Positions 52,256 to 64,000 of a DNA stretch of 64,000 nucleotides are shown piece by piece. Origin of the DNA: Octopus sinensis (taxonomy: Eukaryota); the NCBI RefSeq assembly GCF_006345805.1, contig NC_043008.1, forward strand, positions 11,594,001 to 11,658,000, written 5' to 3'. The position numbers were made by a program, and so were the translations under genes. The number at the start of each line of letters is the position of its first letter. The stretch's first letter is position 1. The notes under the pieces were generated by a model. The model did no database searches. It saw nothing but the letters and a program-made list of their open reading frames with translations, and was not told the DNA's origin.

Positions 52256-54080
52256 AATGTAACAAAAGCAAAGTTTGAAGGAAATATTATCAGTTTTCAT
52301 AATTTCTTGGGGCGAGGAAATAGGAAATAACAATTGCTATCCAAGGACAAAGATCGCGTTATACAGTGTTATAGTTCCGACTTGCTTAGCATCAGCGATA
52401 CACCAAAGCCGTAGAAGTGTTTTGTCTGATACTGTTTTAGCGATGCTATACATATAAATTTGTCGATGGACAATCAGATATTGCGCAGTAAAAATTTCTT
52501 TCCAGTCTAATAATTACAAATTTTATTAGCCCTTATTTAAACATTCATTCATAGTTTTGAAGACGTACTAGTTCGCAACATCTTTTGTAATCAATATTAA
52601 TAGTATAGAACAATTAGAAATTGTGAAATGTTTTCTTCTTGTTTTTATAACAAAGCTTCATACTATTCCATGAAATTTCATCGCATGATTTCCTAACGGT
52701 AAAATCCAGAATTGCATTGTCCAACCATTTTCAACATTAGACCTTGATTTATGAATCTTTTTTGTTTGATGGCTATCATTTATAGCTGAATAATCATAGC
52801 TGACTTTACTGCGATAAATAAATGCATATTATCAGTTGAGTGTAAATAAGTCCTTTGAGACGATCAACCGAAACCAGAAAGAAATTATAATGCTTCTATA
52901 GGTATTTTGAGTCGATCCTTTGCCTCTTTTTGTTCTACATACTCCTGCTGCAATAACTCTTATTTCTATTAAACAACTTACCCGTTTCAATCATTCCATA
53001 CTAAGTAGTCTCCAGAGAGTTATTTATTGCACTTATTACATACTTATCTTAGGTTATGACACCGTTACTCGTATTAGTCTCTGTCAGTCATAACACTAAT
53101 AAATTATTGTTTAGAAGTAAAAAAAGAAACGTTGACTTCACAGTCAATCAGCTATTAAAATATTTTCTATTTATTTCCTTTAATAGCACGTTGCAAAAAA
53201 ATACATTGGCAAATAAATATAATTTAGAAACTAGTGCGGAAATCGTGTAAAAACCAATTTATGAGAGAAATAAATGAGAAAAACTTGACGGCCATCACTT
53301 TTTCACGCACTGATCGGATTACAGGAACGGAAAAAATCTTGATACAATCAAGTGAGCGAGACTTTTTCGCGACCAATCAATCATCGAACGATAATAACTG
53401 TGAGTAATTACAAAAGTAAGTTTTTAGGTCTTATGGACATTGCACTAAACCCAAGCGCTACGATTTTGTCTTAATAATATTGTTTCTGATTTCACTTTGG
53501 GTATTTTGCTTGAGTTTTCTTTTTAATTCTGTTTTTTTTTTTTGTCTCATAGAAAGGATATCTATGATTTAGTGTCTGTTGACTAAAAGCTTTCAGAAAA
53601 GTTAAGAAGGGAAGATGAGGAGAGAACAGAAGAAAGGATGAAAACAATATAAAAAAAAAATATTAAAAAAATAAATTGAGGTGGGGGTTGTGATGAGAAA
53701 CGTAAGCTAAGCAGACATGTTTTAATTGGTTAATTAAAGAGATGCTTTCAAAAGAATGAATCGAAAAGCCATCAACGTAATTAGATTACGCTCAACCTAA
53801 TTTTAAATTTCATGTGCTTTACACAAACCGAAAAAATGTATATGTAAAGCAAATATATATATGCGCAGTAGTTATACATGTGTAGCGCATACAAATACAT
53901 ATATACATGTGTTTGTGTGTGTTTATGTGTGTTTATGTGTGTTTGCGTGTACGTCTGTATTGATACATGTGATGATGCACGTGTGGCTATATTATTTGCA
54001 TCATAGTATATGGATATATATGTGAATCTGAATTTTGCCTTCACTCATACCCACATACACACAAACACTTCACACACACA

Positions 54081-54116
<36 letters not shown>

Positions 54117-54137
54117 GTATGAATAAGTGTGTGTATG

Positions 54138-54170
<33 letters not shown>

Positions 54171-54186
54171 ATATACATATATATAT

Positions 54187-54244
<58 letters not shown>

Positions 54245-54524
54245 GAGAGAGAGGTATATAGCTCCAGGTTTTCTAGTTCTCTTCATTTTTATTTTCCCAT
54301 CATTCATTCTTAGTGTTACACATAACACGCATTCATTAGCTTATTACTTACTCCTCGTATATTTAGCAATGAATCTTCAGTTTTTGCTGTATGGATGCGT
54401 ATACATATATATCAGTACATGCATACAAGTGAATGTATATGCGTAAGGTAATCACACATGAGTGTACCTGTTTGCATTATACTGGTATATCTCGTATACA
54501 TATAAAATCTTTTCTACTCTACGC

Positions 54525-54865
54525 ACGAGGCTCTAAATTTTGGGGGAGGAGTTCACTGTATTAGATGGACCACGGTACGCAACTGGTACTTAATTTATCG
54601 AACCCGAAATGATGAAAGGCAAAGTAGACCTCAAAGTAGACTGGGGTCTATTTGCTCGACAAAACCCTGACAGAAACAAGTAGAAAACGTAAGATGAAAC
54701 ATAGCAGTTTGTTTTCCAACACCTCTTCACAACCGGCGTTTGCGGGTTTGCGTTCCTGTAAATTAGCTGTTCGGCAAACGAGAACGATAGAATAAGTACT
54801 AGGCTTTAAACATAATATATACTGGGGTCGATTATTTCCGCTAAAATTCTTCAAGGCGGTGCAAT
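54525..54865. mobile_element. Cluster of family A (minus, 54525-54635) and family B (plus, 54725-54865) fragments
   Basis: caactggtacttaatttatcgaacccgaaatgatgaaaggcaaag; ttagctgttcggcaaacgagaacgatagaataagtactaggct. Confidence 0.7.
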
Positions 54866-55469
54866 TTACCTTATACGGAAACAACTATAGGTTAAAAAGT
54901 AAACCGTAAAAGACATGTAAGCGAGTGATTGGTGAATGAATCCAAGGATGTCTTTATGTCTGTAGATTAGAATGCGTCACGTTAGCAGCAACGCTTTGCC
55001 AGAGGTGAATCCTGCTCCAACGTGAACGGTAACTGAACTGAACTGCCGATTGTGGCTGAAGTATTTGCTTCTTAACTCATTTGGCGCCCAGTAACTATTT
55101 TAGTTCAGGAAATATTGGTACACGAGATTATCAAGTATTTATCTTGTGTACGGAGAGTATACACAGCTCAAAGAAAATGATAGGAAAAAATAGAAAAGCG
55201 GAATCAATAAATCAATGAAAGTAAATTAATTACAATTTAAGATATGATATCAAAAGCGATGGGAATAGAGCAAAGCAAAGGGAAATAAAATAAAAGAAGG
55301 ATAAATAATTGATTCTGTATATATCTACAATTGGTAATTCCAAACAATCTTAGCCATGAAGTAGAAATCGTTATTATGTCTTATGTGTGAATAAATCTCT
55401 AGCAATCATTCTCTGCTAATGTCACAAAGTATGTAGCCACATACAGGCATATATACATAACGTACATAC

Positions 55470-55529
<60 letters not shown>

Positions 55530-55703
55530 GTGTGTGTGTGTAGTGTGTATGTGGTGTGTCTGTGTTTATGTGTGTAAGCATGTATTTATATATATAGAGA
55601 CACATACATATAGTGCATATAAAGAAATATGTATATATATGTTTATATTAACTATGCATACATACATATTTATGTGTGTATATATGCATACATACATATA
55701 TAT

Positions 55704-55771
<68 letters not shown>

Positions 55772-56527
55772 TATATATATATAAATTTCTAAAAAAACGT
55801 AAATTAAACTAATTAGAACAACCAGTGAAATCATTCATTTTCATTTTTTCAAATATACATGTATATTCGTTTGCGATTACATGAAACACACGAATCTATT
55901 TGACGTTGTATGTGTAAGGTTCAGTGAAACGATAAGAAACAAATCAGAGACAGAGAAAATGGAGGGGAAAAAACTCAGCAGCCAAAAAGTAACAAAAACA
56001 AACTCGTAAGTGTAAAGCCTCAGAATCGCTGTCTAGCGTGGGAAAGAATAATAGGAATAAGACTTGCGTAGACTAGTGGTACTTCTTGAATGAAATGTAG
56101 AGGAGAAAGTGGAAAGAATTTCTTGTAAGTATATAAATGATTAATTTAATAGGGCTTCTCGAGCAAGGAGTAATTGAGACTCGAGGGTCTGCGTACGAAT
56201 TGGATTTGACAACGTTGAGAATTTTCAAGGAAAGCAAAGAACGAGCTGTTTATAACAATATGTGCACCTGCTATTGAGGTGTTCGTTGTTTGAGTATATC
56301 GCTATGTGTGTGTGCGTGTGTACAGGTGTGTGTGTGCGTGTGTATGTGTGTGTGTGTGTGAATACCTGCATAATATGTGGGAGTGTTGATAGAAATGCTT
56401 GTATACATATGTGTTGTACCGTGCGTATTTATATAATGCAGTATGTGAGAAGGTTTTATATTATGTTGAAGATCGCATGAGTGCATGTGTAGCGCGTGCA
56501 TGTATACACACACACACATACACTTAT

Positions 56528-56660
56528 GGCCGTGTGATGAGAATCTTGCTTCACAGACATAGAATTCCCGGATTCAGTCCCGCTACGTGGCACCTTGGGC
56601 ATGTGTTTTCTAGTATATACTAGGACCCACTAATGTCTTTTGAATGAATCTGGTATGTGT
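56528..56660 (+). mobile_element. SINE family B, 5' fragment
   Basis: cccggattcagtcccgctacgtggcaccttgggcatgtgttttcta. Confidence 0.7.
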
Positions 56661-57033
56661 AGCGCGTGCATGTGTATCTGCATACGCATTTGTATGCTTG
56701 TGTTTGCATACGTGTAGCATGTGAATGTGCAGCTACATGCACATGTGTGTGCTCTTATGCGCCGCTAAATACGGCGTATATTTTCCACGGGTTCTTGTAC
56801 GTGCAAACGGTGTGTGTTTGTGGCGTGTGTTTGAATGTTATATGCACATGAATGCGTGTATACGTGGTTGGACAGTGTCTTGCTTTGCCTTCAGTGGTGC
56901 ACTGATGAATAATTAATATCGGGTATGTGAAAGTAAACAGAAAAACTTATTATTGCCAATCTCTATGCCAGATGCAAATGGAACATCTTGGCCCGTGTTT
57001 TATATTCAAATCGTGTATGTATATGTAGATACG

Positions 57034-57430
57034 TATTTCTTTACTACCCACAAGGGGCTAAACACTGAAAGGACAAACAAGGACAGGCACACGGATTAAG
57101 TCGATTATATATCGACCCCAGTGCGTAACTGGTACTTATTTAATCGACCCCGAAAGGATGGAAGGCAAAGTCGACCTCGGAGGATTTTGAACTCAGAACG
57201 TAACGGCAGACAAACTACCTATTTCTTTACTACCCACAAGGGCTAAACACAGAGAGGACAAACAAGGACAGACACACAGATTAAGTCGATTATATCGACC
57301 CCAGTGCGTAACTGGTACTTATTTAATCGACCCCGAAATGATGAAAGGCAAAGTCGACCTCGGCGGATTTTGAACTCAGAACGTAACGGCAGACGAAATG
57401 CCGCTAAGCAGTTTCCTGACGTGCTAACGT
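57034..57430 (-). mobile_element. SINE family A, two tandem body units (period 186 bp)
   Basis: ttactacccacaag at 57041 and 57227; same junction as the 35266 tandem. Confidence 0.9.
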
Positions 57431-58129
57431 GTTTGATGTGTGTTACTCTGTAGGGAAATATATAGAAATGCGGTTCGTGAAAGGAAATATAATGGTCTGT
57501 ATTATATGTTAACCTTTATAGAAGCAAAGTGTTCGTGGTGGTGGTGGTGGTGGTGGTGTGTGTGTGTGTGCATGATGGTTCTGTGAACGGACGAATAGAT
57601 ATATTTGTGCATTAACGTAACTACAAGAAAGCTAATATGCAATGTAACCAATGTACTTTTCTTGTTCTAAGGCAGAATACCTGCTGCAGATGACGTTATA
57701 ATCATGATGAACAAGTGGCGTTTTGTACATAATATTTGACAGGTAGAATGGCAGAGCTGTTTGATCACTTCATTCCAAGTAGGAGTCGACACTTCAAACT
57801 CTTCATATTCAAGTTAAGATTCTTCTGAATTGGTTTGCGTCCTCAGTTACTACACACTTACTGCGCGCCATTCCATGCAAATCAGCTGTTTACTAAGAGG
57901 ATATAGCTAGGTCATTGAGGCACACATCATCCTTACAAGCGTGGTCATACGTTCCTGAGTTTACGAGGGCAAAGTTGTTCTTATTACATGGATTAAATTA
58001 GATAAAAAAAGAAATTCTGCTAGATGCATTGATTACATCTTACACACTCCGTAACTTCGAACAGAAACTGTGCGGAACACTTTCATGCAAACACACACAG
58101 ACACACACACATATATATATATATATAAC

Positions 58130-58251
58130 ATTTAAAGGACTGACCACTACAAGTAGACAGTCAATATGCTAGATATAGACGTCAAAGTCGCGATTTTGAT
58201 GTCTATATCTAGCATATTGACTGTCCACTTTTAGTGGTCAGTCCTTTAAAT
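58130..58251. repeat. 122 bp near-perfect palindrome with no spacer
   Basis: tttaaaggactgaccactacaagtagacagtcaatatgctagatatagacgtcaaagtcg|cgattttgatgtctatatctagcatattgactgtccacttttagtggtcagtcctttaaa; 4 mismatches in 60 bp. Confidence 0.92.
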
Positions 58252-58398
58252 TTTGTATGTAAAAAATATTTTGATCTTTGATTTTTTTTAATATGCTAGG
58301 CCACTGGTTTAATTGATAATATCAATTTCTACCCTTATACAATTACACACACACACACCACACACACACACACAACACACACACACACCCACACACAC

Positions 58399-58455
<57 letters not shown>

Positions 58456-58733
58456 GCATACATACATAATACATACGTACATACATACGCAAATAAGCAC
58501 ATGACTGTGAAACCAGGTGACAAGGAATTGAACTGGAATACCAAAAGTAGAATAATAATGCGTTTTACAATTCAAGCTGCAGAAACATGCAAAAATATCA
58601 CCAAAATCTGTTACTCAGAGTTTCACGTTCCTGTTCTGGCGTCCGATAAACGGGAACGTGAAACACTAAGCATCAGATTTTGTCATATTTTCGTGATGTT
58701 TTTACAGCTTTAATAATAAAGTTTTTACATATT

Positions 58734-58798
<65 letters not shown>

Positions 58799-58799
58799 T

Positions 58800-58980
58800 T
58801 AATAGGGAGAGTTTACGAAAAAAACAAAAGACGAAGTCAAATGGTGTACAAAACAAACGGATGTATTAGTATAACGCTCAGGAATAGAAAAAGTCTTTTA
58901 CATTTTGAGCCTGCGCTCTTCTACAGAAAGGGGTCAGAAAAAACAAGGGGAGAAACAAGGAGAGAAAAATGTGTGTATTG
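58800..58980 (-). mobile_element. Repeat family E copy 3 (degenerate HHR at 58894-58930)
   Basis: Minus ctttctgtagaagagcgcaggctcaaaatgtaaaagac. Confidence 0.7.
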
Positions 58981-60102
58981 GCTAACGATCTATCATACAC
59001 ACACAAACAGACATATATATATATATATTATATATTATATATAATATATATATATATATATGTTTACATATAAATACATATACACATATGTTTGTGTGTA
59101 TATATAAAAATATATTTATACATATATATACATACACTGTATGTATGTATATTGTTCTGTTTTTTTATTGTTTTTAGTGTTTTGTTCTCATTGTCCTGTT
59201 CTTGTTACCACTTTCACCCACCGCAAAAAAATCCCAAATTTTTCTTTAATTTGCTTTCCGGGAAGGACTGCTTCAACGAAGAACAACTTGATGACGAAGC
59301 AACATACATCCTGAATTTCCCTATGATTCCATGGTCTATTCACCGATATTTGTATCATATGGAATTATATATATACATATATATATATATGAGTGAGTGT
59401 CTCTGTGTGTGTGTACATATACGTACACACATACACACGCGCCCACATACATTTAATATTGTCTAAGTGAAAGCTGCATCAGCTTCCAATTTATTACTCC
59501 GTCTAGATGATGAGATTTTAAGCTGTTTATCTTCTGTCTCTCCCTAATCTCGCAGGAAAGCAGTTTACATAGCTTAACTCTGTAAGTGAAATCAATTACG
59601 TTATATTGATTCTTGCGACTATTATTATGTTACCATGATATAAATAGCATATCTCAGTGTAATTGAATACCAGTTGAGTGTTGATAAAAAGTTACAATCA
59701 CTTATGTACGGAAACTTGATATGAAGATAATAAACAATGTGTAATTGGTTCATTGATCAGATATTCAGATTTTTTGCCTTTTAATTTGAGGCACATCTAC
59801 ATGTACATTAATAGATAGACGGCAGATATATGTCATCGATCTGTATTTATATACGGGAGCAATATAGAATACATAACCTCGTCTAGAAACGTTTACATTG
59901 ATTTGGAGAGTAATATCATGCTAGATTATTTAAACCATTTTGTCATAAGCATTTTCTAAAGCAGAATATGAAACTGTAAGTAAGATATGCGCCCCCCAAA
60001 CAGCCAGTCTCTTCATATTATATGTAAACAACTACGAGCAAACATAAAAACTATAATCTAACATTGATTCATACAACCTTCATTTGATGTGTGTATATAT
60101 AT

Positions 60103-60151
<49 letters not shown>

Positions 60152-60284
60152 GTATTTGTGTGTGTGCACATATATACGTATATTTATTTGAAATGAATTA
60201 TATATGTTTATATGTATATATACATTTATATATATATATATACACACACACGCACATATACATATATATATATATATGTATATA

Positions 60285-60715
60285 TTTTATTCTTTTATTT
60301 GTTTGTTATTTCACTGCAGCCATGCTGGAGCACTGCTTTTAGTCTAGCAAATCGACCCCAGAACTGTAAGCCTAGTCCTTATTCTATCGGTCCCTTTTGC
60401 CGAACTGCTAGATTACGGGGACGTAAACACATCAATATTGGTTGTCAAGTCCCGTTGGGGGGTAGTCACAAAAACACAAAGACACACACGTACATATATA
60501 TATATAAAGGGCTTCTTTTAGTTTCCATCTACCAAATCCACTCACAAATCTTTGATGGGCCGGAGAAGAAACTCGCCCAAGGTACCACGCAGTGGGGCCT
60601 AACCCGGAACCATGTATATATATATATACATACATATATATAGCCTTTAATCTTTACTCTTTAAAATGTTTCAGCTTCAAAGCTGCGGTCATGCTGGGGC
60701 ACCACCGTTGACTGA
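60285..60715 (-). mobile_element. SINE family B, near full-length, plus an extra tail fragment (60650-60715)
   Basis: tttccatctaccaaatccactcacaa...gcccaaggtaccacgcagtggg...ccggaaccatg. Confidence 0.85.
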
Positions 60716-61142
60716 GCTACAATATTATTTGAAACCTCTGATATCTAACATTTGGTCAAGGAGTTTGATGCCGCTGCTCTCATCTGTGTTTCCTGCCGTG
60801 AGTTAGGGGAATTTGGAACCCTTGACAGTAACAGATTCAATTTTCATATGTATGTCTCTATATACATATATATGAATGTATATATCAAATGAATACATTT
60901 ATATATGTATACATACATACACACACATACAAAAACACATACACACATACAGATATATTGCTATGCGTTAATAACTGAATGAATGTAGGATAGATGGAGC
61001 CTAAAATCGATACCATGATAGTTTAAGAGTAGAACCTAGCGTAATAAACCGAAAAAAATGTATTTATGAAATAATGATTGTCTGGCAGTCCTGATTTAGG
61101 ACGAATGTTGCTGAAATTTAGGCCCAGGTGACATCGTATCCA

Positions 61143-61390
61143 GTTGGCTATACGACACAAGGTATTGGGTTGTGTTGTGTTCTTTAGCAAGACACTATTT
61201 CATGTTCACCGAGCTGTAGAAATGATTTGCGACGCCACTGGTGCCAACATCGGTGGCATGGCGAGGAGAGGTTGGGATGCAAGGGTGACTGTTGTTCCTC
61301 CAGAAACAAACAGAGCCGCATTAGTGATTCGGGGTAGAATTTCCTAGCTGAGATCCTGTGGTCATTCATGACTGAAGGGTCTCTTTACCC
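61143..61390 (+). mobile_element. SINE family G, degraded
   Basis: gttctttagcaagacactatttca...aacatcggtggcatgg...ggtcattcatgactgaagggtctc. Confidence 0.7.
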
Positions 61391-61586
61391 ATTCATAAAC
61401 AAAATTCCAGACCTCATTACCACGTATACGTTGCTGCATGTGAGAGAATATACGCGTACATGTCCAGTCATATTTTCTTTGCGCTTCTGTATGTGTGTAA
61501 GCGTAAGCAAATTATAAAAGAGACTATAACTAGGTAGAAAAGAAGTCAATAGCTGAACATTGCAGAATATCATTTAGAGGTGATAA

Positions 61587-61973
61587 TTCGTGGCACTTCG
61601 TCGGTTACCACGACGAGTGTTCCAGTTGATCTGTTAAACAGAACAGCCGGCGCGTGAAATTAACGTGCACGTGGCTGAGAACTCCACAGACACGTGTACC
61701 CTTAACGCAGTTATCGATTAGATTCAGCGTGACACAGAGTGTGACAAAGCTGGCCCCTTTATATACAGGTACAGCAGAAACGGGAAGAAATAGTGAAAGA
61801 AAGTTGTGGTGAAATAGTATAGCAGGGTTCACCACAATCCCCTGCCGGAGCCTCGAGGATCTTTGGGTGCTTTCGCTCAATAAACACTCATAACACCCGG
61901 TCTGGGAATTGAAACTGCGATCCTACGACTGCGAGCCCGCTGCCCTAACCACTGGACCATTGCGCCACCACAA
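61587..61973 (-). mobile_element. SINE family C, full-length with 9 bp TSD
   Basis: aggtgataa at 61578-61586 and 61974-61982. Confidence 0.9.
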
Positions 61974-62412
61974 AGGTGATAAACATAGCGAAAGAAATGT
62001 AATAAATATCATGGATGAAGTGATTATGATATTCGTCAAAATGATTGTACAATTTAAAAAAAAGTATTCTCAGTTCTTATTCTAGATTTCGTTCGAGGTA
62101 AATTCAGTTCAATGAACAATTCCTGTATTGAAATACATTATTTATTGAAAAACTCAGCATTTGAAAAACTCAGCATTTGAATATTTTCAATATAAGTTTG
62201 AGACGGTAAACCGACGAAACAAAGTCTAAAGTCATTCACCTCTCATTATAGCAGTTTAGCAATGCATAGAACAATTTTAATAACTTATGCAATTCAACAT
62301 GTAAATGTATAAATGGTTTATATGTTGTATATAAGAGCGACATGGTGGGCGAACTTTTAATATAGACAGACTGATATTAGCAGGTGTTTAAACAGATTGT
62401 ATTTATCAATAA

Positions 62413-62463
<51 letters not shown>

Positions 62464-62639
62464 ATATATGTATATTTAAATGTATATGTATATGTGCATC
62501 TGTATATACCTAAGTACACACACATATATATGTGTGTATATGTTTGTGTGTGTCTGTGTGTATAGGTATGTGTGTGTATGTATGTATGTATATATATATA
62601 TATATATATAGATATGCATGCATGTACATACGTATACAT

Positions 62640-63250
<611 letters not shown>

Positions 63251-64000
63251 GTGAGTGCGTGTGTGTATTCTAAGGTAGATAGAAGGATAGATAACTGATG
63301 GATAGACAGAGTTCGTGTGTTGGAGCATGTTCTGTTGTGTCTGGGGAGAGTCACTTTCTGTTTATGCCAACATACTCACCGGTAAACTTTCCACTTATTC
63401 CTTATTTATCTCTCCTTTTGAATACAGTCTATATACACATACACACACCCACACACACATATATATAGATATATGCACGGCCACTCATATATAAACATAT
63501 GTATATATCTATATCTGTGTTTGTTTGTTTATAACAGTCATCATAGATACACTAAATAGATTTTGAACGTTGCTATATTGTACTACACAATATGTCTATA
63601 CATATTAGCATATCATTCCATATAATTACCTTGTGTACAACATTGTTTTCACATTAAATGTCTCCAATGAACTCTGCTACAATACGCAATTATCTCCTAT
63701 GAATTTGACATAATTCGGTAATGGTTTTAGTACCGGTGCACTTTTACAGAGAGCACGATATTACAACACATGATTCGAAGGAAGTGCATTCTGTTCTTAA
63801 GCTATTGCGTTTACATCAGTTTGTTATATACGGTGTTTTCTTTTAGATTATAAATACACAATATAGTGGAATTTAGTGTAATATAAACATACTCAACACA
63901 CACATACATAAGCACTCTCCCACTAACACAATCATAGGCATGTTATACATAAATATTCTGTATTATATCAAATGCTAGTGAAATTGCTACTGTCATGCCA

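Noticed and set aside
35266-57430. CRISPR-like or other prokaryotic repeat-spacer arrays
   Set aside because: No short direct repeats with unique equal-length spacers; the tandem units seen are SINE bodies.
57680-57960. Minus-strand exon-like segments with gtaagt/gtattc donors
   Set aside because: All frames of the best candidate contain stops, and no coherent gene model emerges.

Overview
AT-rich, microsatellite-dense animal genomic DNA. The SINE families, (TA)n/(TATG)n/(AAT)n arrays and R4/Dong and CR1 relics point to an octopus or other coleoid cephalopod; this is inferred from recalled repeat families, not from a database search. I cannot support any intact protein-coding gene, rRNA, genuine tRNA or CRISPR array, and most listed ORFs are microsatellite artefacts. 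The window is an intergenic or intronic repeat graveyard with: several tRNA-derived SINE families (labelled A, B, C, D, G here), some with clear target-site duplications (TSDs); decayed CR1, R4/Dong and Penelope-like (PLE) retroelements; two mariner fragments; a hAT-type MITE; a long-TIR MITE; and several large palindromes. The most interesting signal is a set of minimal type I hammerhead-ribozyme (HHR) motifs in at least three unrelated repeat families. One lies in a full-length tRNA-headed element present as a head-to-head inverted pair. One family carries a CUGUUG/CUGUAG core variant. One motif has a long stem II insertion. Together they suggest non-autonomous ribozyme-bearing elements mobilised by PLEs. 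A second notable signal is a SINE family that forms head+(~185 bp unit)n tandems with the same junction at two separate loci.
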